A DNA stretch of 64,000 bases from Alphaproteobacteria bacterium (GTDB taxonomy: Bacteria; Pseudomonadota; Alphaproteobacteria; Rs-D84), in NCBI GenBank assembly GCA_009783145.1, contig WRHR01000003.1:23019-87018 (forward strand), read 5' to 3'. The position numbers were made by a program, and so were the translations under genes. The notes under the pieces were generated by a model. It worked only from the letters and a program-made list of their open reading frames with translations. It did no database searches and was not told where the DNA came from. This document shows, piece after piece, positions 27,963 through 36,115 of the stretch. Within the stretch, counting starts at the first letter, position 1; each line of letters starts with the position of its first letter.

Positions 27963-28280
27963 ATGAAAGATATGAAAATGGACAAGGAGTGGCTTGGATA
28001 CAAAATATGGAAGCTGAAACAAAAACGGAACATATTGTTCCGCGCGTTCCTGATAAACTACGTAGTTATTTTGCTGGCTTGGCTGGTGTCGATGACGCCG
28101 TTTTATATGGGCTTGCTGATGCATTTCATGCCGGGCATTAACGCCATCGAGGCGAATATGTACCTGATGACCTTGTTCGGAATCTGGAAGATAGCGGGAG
28201 TGGTCCTGTTCCTGATACCGGCGTTGGCGATATGGTGGGAACAGTGCATGATGCAGAAATACTATGACATGAAGAAATAA
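27963..28280 (+). CDS. Small membrane protein, hypothetical
   Basis: RBS aaggaggg, start at MKDMKMDKEW, three predicted TM helices. Confidence 0.4.
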   Translation: MKDMKMDKEWLGYKIWKLKQKRNILFRAFLINYVVILLAWLVSMTPFYMGLLMHFMPGINAIEANMYLMTLFGIWKIAGVVLFLIPALAIWWEQCMMQKYYDMKK

Positions 28281-28302
28281 GAATCCGGCGAACGCCGGAT
28301 TC

Positions 28303-28656
28303 TTATTTAGTTTTATATGCGTCTTTTACCGATTGCCAGCATTCTTTGTATTCTTCAATTCTTTTCTCTGTATTCAATACACTGGTGGTCTGACGAATAC
28401 TTAATACGTTGTCTTTACGGGGGACGCCAAAACGAATACAAGCGCCGGCCCCTGAAAATGTTTCACAAACCTCACACATTGGCAGCGGCGTTAAATCCAA
28501 AGGATGCTGTGTATACATTTCACATTCTGTACGCATTCTGCAATTTTTACACCACATGGTGTCAGTGAAAACAGGAGGATTACTTTCAGCAGAATCATTA
28601 TCAATATGAAAATTTACACCGCATTCGGATAAATCATGCCTTGTCCAATTTGACAT
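28303..28656 (-). CDS. Cys-rich hypothetical protein
   Basis: CKNCRMRTEC...CEVCETF...GAC clusters; no family recognised. Confidence 0.3.
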   Translation of the reverse strand: MSNWTRHDLSECGVNFHIDNDSAESNPPVFTDTMWCKNCRMRTECEMYTQHPLDLTPLPMCEVCETFSGAGACIRFGVPRKDNVLSIRQTTSVLNTEKRIEEYKECWQSVKDAYKTK

Positions 28657-28722
28657 AACAGAGCCTTTAATGTCTTGTATCTCTCAGGCTCATAGTACCA
28701 TTACGCTGGCATTTGTCAAATG

Positions 28723-29109
28723 CTATTTCTTTACAGTTATCTTCCCAACCGCGTCATAGCCAAAGTACTTGTTAATCCGCGCACGGAATTCCTCTGTTCT
28801 GTATGATAATTCCATTGCAAACGCGGGCTGCACCGCTTTCAGCGTTATGTTGAATTTTGTAGGGGCGCATTTTTGCGCCCTTTTAATCGGTCGCTTTGCG
28901 ACCGACGGGGCACAAGAATGTGCCCCTACACTACGTATCCCTTGCAGCTTCGCCAAACGCGCCAAGTCCGCGCCTATGATTTCGTTCCACCGCGCGGCCA
29001 AGTCTGCATCAGACGCGCGCACGCCGAATATTTTCAGCAAGCCTCCGAACGCCCCGCCCAAGCTTTGCGGGCGCGAAGTTCGGAGTGAAAGATTAGGTTT
29101 TGCTTTCAT
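28723..29109 (-). CDS. DciA-like (DUF721) protein with in-frame palindromic insertion
   Basis: C-terminal LKAVQPAFAMELSYRTEEFRARINKYFGYDAVGKITV fits the DUF721/DciA family; the segment VGAHSCAPSVAKRPIKRAQKCAPT is encoded by hairpin element F. Confidence 0.5.
   Translation of the reverse strand: MKAKPNLSLRTSRPQSLGGAFGGLLKIFGVRASDADLAARWNEIIGADLARLAKLQGIRSVGAHSCAPSVAKRPIKRAQKCAPTKFNITLKAVQPAFAMELSYRTEEFRARINKYFGYDAVGKITVKK
28858..28930. repeat. Family F nested-hairpin element in-frame in dciA-like gene
   Basis: tgtaggggcgcatttttgcgccc..ggtcgctttgcgacc..ggggcacaagaatgtgcccctaca. Confidence 0.75.
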
Positions 29110-29165
29110 TTACGATTTACGATTTACGATTTAGGGAGTCAAATCTTAAATCGTAAATCTTAAAT
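29108..29165. repeat. Family J (acgattt)n palindrome with GGGAGT core, copy J1
   Basis: ttacgatttacgatttacgatttaGGGAGTcaaatcttaaatcgtaaatcttaaatt; abuts the dciA-like start codon and the mltA stop. Confidence 0.8.
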
Positions 29166-30241
29166 TATTTATATGGTTTCGGCATCAGGATATACATCTC
29201 GCCTTGGCTATGCTGGCCGTGGGCATAGCTATACGCCTCGTCCCCTGTGCCAAAGAATATATCCCCTCGTATCCAGCCTTTTATCGCGCCGCCCGTATCC
29301 TGGGCCACCATCAGCCTCTGGAACTTGCGCCCGTCCACCGACAGGTTAGTGTTCACATAAACCGGCAGGCCGACCGTATATATGCTGTCGTCCACCGCGA
29401 TGCTGCGGATTTTGGATAACGGAGTCCCGATTTTTCCAATCACGTCATGCGCGGTCGCAACCTGGAAATATACATACCGCGGGTTGTTGTATATGACTTC
29501 CTTTGCCAGCGCGGGATTCTTTCTAAGATGCGCCCAAACCGCCTCGCTGGAATAGCCGCCTTCCGGACGGATTCCGCGCTGTTTCAGTTGCTCTCCGATT
29601 GATTTGAACGGCAAGTCGTTGACCGCGGCAAAATTCAGCTTTACTTTAGTCCCGTCCTCCAGCTTCAGCATTCCGCTGCCTTGGATTTGGATATTTTGCA
29701 CATCGACTATGTTTGCCCAATAAAGAACTCTGCCTATCTTATTTTCTACGATGGTTTTCTTGTCCACGCCCTTAAAGCTCCGGCCTTCGAGGGGGACGCC
29801 CATCAGCGGCTCGTTGCACTGGGCGGTTTTCGTCCTGCACGCGGGTATTATGGGAGAATAGTATCCCGTATAGGTTCCCGCAGGCTTTCCGGCTTCGTCG
29901 TGGATTTTATACGGCTGAAAATGAGACTCGAACCAGTCGCGCGCGACGGCGGGACTTGCCGATTCCGACGGCATAAATTGGCATTTTTCTTCCAACAATT
30001 TGCGGTCCGGAATGACCTTTCCCTGATATTGGAGCTTTGCTTTGCAAGTATTCCTGAATGCCGCCAAAGCATAGCGGTGGTCGTCTTCGCGCCAGCCCGG
30101 CAACTGGGAATACGAGACTTTGTGAAGATTAGAAGGCTTGACGGAGTTATCGCCGGTCTTATAATCGCGCGACTCGGTCAAATCGCCGCATCCGGCCAGA
30201 AGTCCAAAAACTATAAATACCGGCAAATAACACTTTTTCAT
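29165..30241 (-). CDS. mltA: Membrane-bound lytic murein transglycosylase A
   Basis: Lipobox LLAGCG, MltA N- and 3D-domain motifs (YYSPIIPA, IAVDDSIY, GTGDEAY). Confidence 0.85.
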   Translation of the reverse strand: MKKCYLPVFIVFGLLAGCGDLTESRDYKTGDNSVKPSNLHKVSYSQLPGWREDDHRYALAAFRNTCKAKLQYQGKVIPDRKLLEEKCQFMPSESASPAVARDWFESHFQPYKIHDEAGKPAGTYTGYYSPIIPACRTKTAQCNEPLMGVPLEGRSFKGVDKKTIVENKIGRVLYWANIVDVQNIQIQGSGMLKLEDGTKVKLNFAAVNDLPFKSIGEQLKQRGIRPEGGYSSEAVWAHLRKNPALAKEVIYNNPRYVYFQVATAHDVIGKIGTPLSKIRSIAVDDSIYTVGLPVYVNTNLSVDGRKFQRLMVAQDTGGAIKGWIRGDIFFGTGDEAYSYAHGQHSQGEMYILMPKPYK

Positions 30242-30322
30242 AAAAAACTCTCCAGTCACTTGAAAATTAATTCCTACGCGCTATAATACCATAAAACCAC
30301 CGCCGAACAAAGGAGCAATCGC

Positions 30323-30748
30323 ATGGCAAAGTTTCAACTTATATCTCAATTCTTGAAGGATTTCTCTTTCGAGTCGCCAAATGTGCCGGAGCTGTTCTTC
30401 AAGCAGGAAAACGGACAGGCGAAAATGGACATCAACCTGGATATCCAGATAAAAGGCACCGAAAACAACATTTATATGGTCGACCTGCTGGTAAAGCTGC
30501 ACTCTAAGCTGGAACAGGGCGACAAGTCGATATTTATGATCGAATCCACATACTCGGGCCTGGTGCAGATTGAAAAGTCGGAAAATGAAGAGGACTTGAA
30601 GAAAACCCTGCTGATAGAGGTTCCGAACCTGTTGTTCCCGGCGATAAGGGCGATTATCCTGCGTATGACGGGCGAAAGCGGATTCCCGCCGTTCGCATTG
30701 CAGCCGATTGATTTTCAAAAGCTGTATGAAGAAAAGAACGCAAAATAA
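30323..30748 (+). CDS. secB: Protein-export chaperone SecB
   Basis: MAKFQLISQFLKDFSFESPN and overall SecB length and profile; terminator follows. Confidence 0.85.
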   Translation: MAKFQLISQFLKDFSFESPNVPELFFKQENGQAKMDINLDIQIKGTENNIYMVDLLVKLHSKLEQGDKSIFMIESTYSGLVQIEKSENEEDLKKTLLIEVPNLLFPAIRAIILRMTGESGFPPFALQPIDFQKLYEEKNAK

Positions 30749-30776
30749 AAACCGGGCTTTGCCCGGTTTTTATTTT
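30747..30776 (+). terminator. Rho-independent terminator after secB
   Basis: aaaaccgggctttgcccggtttttatttt. Confidence 0.75.
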
Positions 30777-30780
30777 GCGT

Positions 30781-30893
30781 TCTTTTCAGAGTGTTCGCTC
30801 GCTTCGCGCGCAGAGTAGAAGATTAAGAGAGTATCTATAACTCTACTACTCTCTTACTCTGATTTTGCGAAGCAAAATCGTTACTCTTGTTCT
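30781..30893. repeat. Family A element, copy A3
   Basis: cagagtagaagattaagagagtatctataactctactactctcttactctg plus gcgaagc hairpins. Confidence 0.8.
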
Positions 30894-30901
30894 TGAAATC
30901 G

Positions 30902-31672
30902 CTATGCGATTTCAAGAACCAACCCGCAGTGGTCGGTGGGTTTTGCATCCATTCTCGGGCGAGGATCGATTTTACAATGCTTTACCAGCTTTTGCGCGGC
31001 ATGATTCGCCAGGAAATAGTCCAGGCGCAGGCCATGGTCTTTGCCGATAGAGCCGCCGCGGTATCCTATCCAAGTCCAGGGGCTTTCCTCGTTCGGGTTA
31101 TATTTTCTATAACAATCAAGCCAGCCGTCATCAAGCCATTCCTGCATGATTTTTCGCGCGTCGGGGGCAGAGATTGACGATCCCTCGTATTGTTTCGGAT
31201 TCCAAACGTCGCGGTCTTCTATTGCGACGTTAAAGTCCCCGCCCAATATCACGGGCTCTTCACTTTTCAGATAATGGGCAATATGCCGTCCAAAATGCTT
31301 CATCCACTCTATTTTATACTGAAACTTGGGCGATTCCTCGCTTTCCCCGTTCGGCATATATACGTTGATAAGCCGTATACGTCCGTCTATCACACATTCC
31401 AAAAACCTAGCGGCCGGATCGGGATAATTCGGCAGGCCGCGAACGACGTCTTCTATGGAGTGTTTGGAGAAAACCGCAACCCCGTTCCAGGATTTCTGTC
31501 CGAAAACTTTGATGTTATAGCCCAGATGCTCAAAGACTATAAAAGGAAACCCATGGTCTTCCACTTTTAATTCTTGCAGGAGAATCACGTCATATTCGCG
31601 ACTTTCGGCGATTTTCATAAAGCTATCCATATGCGCCCGGATGGAGTTGATGTTAAGAGAGAGAATTTTCAT
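30902..31672 (-). CDS. xth: Exodeoxyribonuclease III
   Basis: MKILSLNINSIR, LQELK, GGDFNV, LDYFL motifs of the EEP/Xth family. Confidence 0.88.
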   Translation of the reverse strand: MKILSLNINSIRAHMDSFMKIAESREYDVILLQELKVEDHGFPFIVFEHLGYNIKVFGQKSWNGVAVFSKHSIEDVVRGLPNYPDPAARFLECVIDGRIRLINVYMPNGESEESPKFQYKIEWMKHFGRHIAHYLKSEEPVILGGDFNVAIEDRDVWNPKQYEGSSISAPDARKIMQEWLDDGWLDCYRKYNPNEESPWTWIGYRGGSIGKDHGLRLDYFLANHAAQKLVKHCKIDPRPRMDAKPTDHCGLVLEIA

Positions 31673-31683
31673 AAACATGTCCT

Positions 31684-31784
31684 ATGGCAAATGGCAAATG
31701 TAAAATGGCAAATGTAAGGTGATAAAGAGATAAACTGTGCTCTTACCTTCCACATTTTACATTTGCCATTTGCCATTTGCCATC
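31684..31784. repeat. Family C (caaatgg)n palindromic element, intergenic copy C1
   Basis: atggcaaatggcaaatgtaaaatggcaaatgtaagg ... ccttccacattttacatttgccatttgccatttgccat. Confidence 0.8.
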
Positions 31785-31829
31785 CTATAATACTATCGTC
31801 CAATATAAAAACAATAGGAAGTTTTTAAA

Positions 31830-33410
31830 ATGAACATGTATCAGTTTCTGGAATCGGCCGTATCGGAGGTACCGAACGACCTGTTTCTTACGCGCGAAAA
31901 GATAACTTACGCGCAGTTCAACGATTTGGTGAAAAAGCGCGCCGCGACCTTGGCCCGTATGGGCGTAAAGAAAGGCGACGCTGTCGGAATCCTTTCGCAT
32001 AATATATGGGAGTTCCCCCTGTCATTGTTCGCAATCTGGTATCTGGGCGCCTCGGTCCTGATGCTGGACACGAACCTTACTCCGTACGAGTATGACAATA
32101 TGACAAAGGTTACGGGGACCAAGCTGGTTCTGGCCGAAAAAAGCTTTTTCTATAAGTCCGCGGGATTCAAGTTCCACGACATTACAGAAAAAGACAAGGA
32201 AGCGGACCCGAAGCTAAAGCCGGCGCATGTGGAATCCGAAGACATCGCGACGCTGTCATTTACATCGGGTTCTACTGGAATGCCGAAAGTGGTGCCTTTA
32301 ACGCACTATAACCTGACGGAATGCGCGCTGTCGCTGGAGGATATGAGCGAATGGCTGAACCGCGGCGATACATTGTACGGATTTCTTCCGATGTACCATG
32401 TATTCGGCTTTGCGGTGGAGATTCTGGCGACGATTCATTACCGCGCGAACGTTCTGCTGCAAAGCACGATCAACCCAAAAGATATCCTGGACGACTTCAA
32501 AACATACCGGCCGCAGATTATTCCTGCGGTGCCAAGACTGTGGGAGGTCTTCCGCAACAAGATTATCGACGGGCTAAAGCAGAAAAGGCTTTGGTGGCTG
32601 GCGTCATTCGTCCTGAAATTCGGGCCGTTCCTTAAAAAAATCGGGCTCGGGTTCTTGGTGCGGAAAATTCAAGAGCCTGTGCTGGCGGTATTCGGCGGAA
32701 GGGCGCGCCTGTTAATAGGAGGCGGCGCGGCTGTAAAGCCAGAGGTGGAAACTTTTTACGAGCGCCTGGGGCTGACCTTTATACAAGGATATGGTCTGAC
32801 TGAAACAGTGGGGCCGATTTGTATATCCAAGCCTGGCAAATGCCGCCTTCCGTTCGCATTCGGGGGACCGATTACGAACAACGAGTGCGAAATCCGCGGA
32901 AAGAACGCGGAAGGCATCGGGACATTGTGGATGCGCGGGCACCAGGTGTTCGGCGGATACATGAATAACCCGGAAGCAAATTCGGAATCGTTTGATGAAA
33001 GGGGTTTCTTCAACACAGGTGACTTGGTGTCGATGGATTGCAATGGAGAATTGCATTTTCATGGACGTCAAAAGCAGGTGATTGTGCTGGATTCGGGAAA
33101 GAACGTGTATCCGGACGAACTGGAGGCATTGTTCATATTGATTCCTGGCGTAAAGAATGTTGCGGTGTTTGAGCATACTGTCAAAGACAAAACCGTGGCT
33201 TACGGCGTGTTTCAGGTTGAAGAAGGCATGACTTTTGAGAAGTTGGAAAAGGCGGTGGCCATCGCGAATAAAAAGGTGGCGAGTTACAAGTGGGTCACGC
33301 ATTTTGCGATGACGACCAAGGATCTGCCGCTGACCAGCACTCAGAAGATAAAGCATCATGTGGTGCGCGAGCGTCTGATTGCCGGCGAATATCCGACGAA
33401 ACATAATTAA
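31830..33410 (+). CDS. AMP-dependent acyl-CoA synthetase/ligase
   Basis: FTSGSTGMPKVV AMP-binding motif, GYGLTET, C-terminal lid. Confidence 0.8.
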   Translation: MNMYQFLESAVSEVPNDLFLTREKITYAQFNDLVKKRAATLARMGVKKGDAVGILSHNIWEFPLSLFAIWYLGASVLMLDTNLTPYEYDNMTKVTGTKLVLAEKSFFYKSAGFKFHDITEKDKEADPKLKPAHVESEDIATLSFTSGSTGMPKVVPLTHYNLTECALSLEDMSEWLNRGDTLYGFLPMYHVFGFAVEILATIHYRANVLLQSTINPKDILDDFKTYRPQIIPAVPRLWEVFRNKIIDGLKQKRLWWLASFVLKFGPFLKKIGLGFLVRKIQEPVLAVFGGRARLLIGGGAAVKPEVETFYERLGLTFIQGYGLTETVGPICISKPGKCRLPFAFGGPITNNECEIRGKNAEGIGTLWMRGHQVFGGYMNNPEANSESFDERGFFNTGDLVSMDCNGELHFHGRQKQVIVLDSGKNVYPDELEALFILIPGVKNVAVFEHTVKDKTVAYGVFQVEEGMTFEKLEKAVAIANKKVASYKWVTHFAMTTKDLPLTSTQKIKHHVVRERLIAGEYPTKHN

Positions 33411-33440
33411 AAACGCGGGCAAAGCCCGCGTTTTTAATTA
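33410..33440 (+). terminator. Rho-independent terminator after acyl-CoA synthetase gene
   Basis: aaaaacgcgggcaaagcccgcgtttttaatt. Confidence 0.75.
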
Positions 33441-33563
33441 GAGTAGTAGAGTAAGAGAGTAAGAGAGTAAAAGAGTAAATAATATCTATAACTCTACTAC
33501 TCTCTTACTCTGCAAACGCAAAGCGTTTGCGTTACTCTGCGAGCGAAGCGAGCGCTACTCTCA
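33440..33563. repeat. Family A element, copy A4 (supplies tsaE C-terminus and stop)
   Basis: agagtagtagagtaagagagtaagagagtaaaagagtaaataatatctataactctactactctcttactctg plus gcaaacgcaaagcgtttgc and gcgagcgaagcgagcgc. Confidence 0.8.
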
Positions 33564-33972
33564 ATTTTCTGCCGCCCTCAAACTCCGTAATAAAAATATG
33601 AATAGTATTGGCGGGCAGGAAATTGGTGGCAATCTCCGGCCATTCTATCAAGGTAATATCATTTGCAATCGCATGCGACAGACCAATTTCTTCCAATTCC
33701 GAAACATCGGTGATGCGATAAAGGTCAAAATGGGAAATACATTTGCCATTTGCCATTTGCCATTTGCCTTCGTATGTCTGAACCAAGGTAAAGGTAGGAC
33801 TCGGCACGACGGTATCCGCGCCGCATAGGGTCTGAATAATCGCGCGCGCAATCTCGGACTTTCCCATGCCCAAGTCGCCATGCAGGGCCACCACACACGG
33901 AGCATGCAGAGTTTTCGCAAACTCCCCCGCCCACGCGCGCGTTTCATCAATGTTTTTTAGAATTATTTCCAC
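33532..33972 (-). CDS. tsaE: tRNA threonylcarbamoyladenosine biosynthesis protein TsaE
   Basis: GDLGMGKSEIARAI P-loop, SPTFTLVQTYE, HFDLYR. GTG start. The GKWQMANGK segment is encoded by a (caaatgg)n repeat and the last 11 aa plus stop by an A element. Confidence 0.85.
   Translation of the reverse strand: MEIILKNIDETRAWAGEFAKTLHAPCVVALHGDLGMGKSEIARAIIQTLCGADTVVPSPTFTLVQTYEGKWQMANGKCISHFDLYRITDVSELEEIGLSHAIANDITLIEWPEIATNFLPANTIHIFITEFEGGRKLRVALASLAE
33738..33772. repeat. Family C (caaatgg)n tract in-frame in tsaE
   Basis: acatttgccatttgccatttgcc encodes GKWQMANGK on the minus strand. Confidence 0.8.
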
Positions 33973-34020
33973 TCTTTTACTCTCCTACTCTTTCACTCTG
34001 CCGGCGAAGCCGGCGTTACT
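33962..34020. repeat. Family A half-element, copy A5 (between uvrB stop and tsaE GTG start)
   Basis: actcttttactctcctactctttcactctgccggcgaagccggcgttactc. Confidence 0.7.
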
Positions 34021-36004
34021 CCAACAACAAATCATCTTCCATCTTGCGGATGGTGTCGCGGATGGCGGAGGCTTCTTCGAACTCCAAATTCTCGGCATGC
34101 CTGAACATCTTCCTGCGCAAGTCCGCGATTGTCTTCTCCAAGCTTGCCCTATCCATAACCCCGCCGGATTTAGTATAAACAAATTGTCGCTTCTTATCTG
34201 TTTTCTCAATCCGGTCGCCGACCTCATTGAATACTGATTTTATAATAGTCTTCGGCACAATGCCATGCTTTTCGTTATAGGCCATCTGTTTTTCACGGCG
34301 ACGCGAAGTCTCGTCCATTGCAGCGCGCATGCTGTCCGTTATTGTATCCGCGTACAGAATCACACGCCCATTGCTATTGCGCGCAGCGCGCCCGATTGTC
34401 TGTATCAAGCTGCGGGTGCTGCGCAAGAATCCTTCCTTGTCTGCGTCCATGATTGCAACCAGCTCGCACTCCGGAACATCCAACCCTTCGCGCAAAAGGT
34501 TGATTCCAACCAATACATCGAACTTTCCCATTCGCAACTCGCGCAATAACTCTATGCGCTCCAAAGTCTCAATATCGCTGTGCAAATACCGCGCGCGAAC
34601 GCCATGCTCGTTTAAATAATCCGTCAGCTGTTCGGACATTTTTTTGGTGAGAGTTGTTATAAGAACGCGGCCTTTGGTTTTCTTTATCTCGTGCAATAAA
34701 TCATCTACTTGGTTCTTTGTCGGGCGAACTTCGACGACAGGATCCAACAGTCCTGTCGGGCGGATTACCTGCTCGGCAACGATTCCGCCGGCTTGCGTTA
34801 GTTCCCATTCCGCGGGAGTTGCGGATACGAATATGGTCTGCGGGCGCATGGCGTCCCATTCCTCGAACCGCAGCGGGCGGTTGTCCGCGCACGAAGGCAA
34901 ACGAAAACCGTATTCATACAACGAGCGTTTTCTCGCGGCGTCTCCCTTGGACATAGCGCCGATTTGCGGCACGGAAACGTGAGATTCATCCACAAACAAA
35001 ATCGCGTCTTTGGGCAGGTACTCGAATAAAGTCGGAGGCGGCTGGCCGGGCGCGCGTCCCGACAAATACCGCGAATAGTTCTCTATCCCGCGGCAGATGC
35101 CCGTCGCCTCCATCATCTCTATGTCGTAATTGGTGCGCTCGCGCAGGCGCTGTTCCTCCACATACTTCATATTTTCATGAAAGTAATCCAAGCGCGGCTG
35201 CAGGTCTTTTCGTATCTCCCCTATCGCTTGCAAGACCGTCGGCTGAGGCGTTGCGTAATGGGTATTTGGATATACCGCGATATGGTCCAGCTTATGCAGC
35301 TTGGCGCCGGTTAGTGTATCGAACTCCCAGATTTCCTCTATCTCGTCGCCAAAGAACGAAATCTTCCATCCGCGGTCTTGGCTGTGCGACGGAAAAATGT
35401 CCAAGGTATCGCCGCGAACTCGAAAATCCCCGCGGTCAAAGCCCACTTCATTGCGCTTGTATTGAATATCAACCAAAGCGCGCATTACATCCTTGGCGCT
35501 TAATTTGTCGCCCGCGCCCAGCACCAGTTTCATCCCAGAATATTGCTCCGGAGAACCCATTCCGTAAATGCTGGATACGCTTGAGACCACAATAACATCG
35601 CGCTCTTCCAGCATCGCGCGCGTGGCGCTGTGCCGCATGCGGTCCAGCTGATCATTTACGGATGCATCCTTATCGATATAAGTATCCGTGACTGGCAAGT
35701 ATGCCTCTGGCTGATAGTAATCGTAATACGAAACGAAGTATTCCACATGATTGTGCGGGAAAAAGGACTTCATCTCGGTATAAAGCTGCGCGGCCAGAAT
35801 CTTGTTTGGCGCCATTATCAGTGCCGGCCGACCCATATTTGCAATCACATTCGCCATGGTAAAGGTCTTTCCCGTGCCGGTGGCCCCCAGCAATACCTGG
35901 GACCGGCGGCCTTCTTTCAGGCCAGCGGCCAATTCGGCAATGGCCGCCGGTTGGTCGCCTGATGGCTTGTAGCTGCTTTGAAGATTAAAATTTGTTTTTT
36001 TCAT
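34016..36004 (-). CDS. uvrB: Excinuclease ABC subunit B
   Basis: [11 protein letters not shown]alker A, helicase motifs, C-terminal UVR domain ([19 protein letters not shown]). Confidence 0.93.
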   Translation of the reverse strand: MKKTNFNLQSSYKPSGDQPAAIAELAAGLKEGRRSQVLLGATGTGKTFTMANVIANMGRPALIMAPNKILAAQLYTEMKSFFPHNHVEYFVSYYDYYQPEAYLPVTDTYIDKDASVNDQLDRMRHSATRAMLEERDVIVVSSVSSIYGMGSPEQYSGMKLVLGAGDKLSAKDVMRALVDIQYKRNEVGFDRGDFRVRGDTLDIFPSHSQDRGWKISFFGDEIEEIWEFDTLTGAKLHKLDHIAVYPNTHYATPQPTVLQAIGEIRKDLQPRLDYFHENMKYVEEQRLRERTNYDIEMMEATGICRGIENYSRYLSGRAPGQPPPTLFEYLPKDAILFVDESHVSVPQIGAMSKGDAARKRSLYEYGFRLPSCADNRPLRFEEWDAMRPQTIFVSATPAEWELTQAGGIVAEQVIRPTGLLDPVVEVRPTKNQVDDLLHEIKKTKGRVLITTLTKKMSEQLTDYLNEHGVRARYLHSDIETLERIELLRELRMGKFDVLVGINLLREGLDVPECELVAIMDADKEGFLRSTRSLIQTIGRAARNSNGRVILYADTITDSMRAAMDETSRRREKQMAYNEKHGIVPKTIIKSVFNEVGDRIEKTDKKRQFVYTKSGGVMDRASLEKTIADLRRKMFRHAENLEFEEASAIRDTIRKMEDDLLLE

Positions 36005-36066
36005 TTTAACTGAGAACTGAAAACTGAGAACTGAGAGCTTAGTTTTCAGCTTTCAGTTTTCAGTTG
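36005..36066. repeat. Family H (ctgaaaa)n palindrome, copy H1
   Basis: ttaactgagaactgaaaactgagaactgagagcttagttttcagctttcagttttcagtt; abuts the uvrB start codon. Confidence 0.8.
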
Positions 36067-36115
36067 TAAGCTAAATATAATCACATTATAATCGAATTAC
36101 AAGAGGGAGAAAAAT

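Noticed and set aside
34644-35595. Plus-strand ORFs of 79-114 aa within uvrB
   Set aside because: Antisense to uvrB; no independent support.
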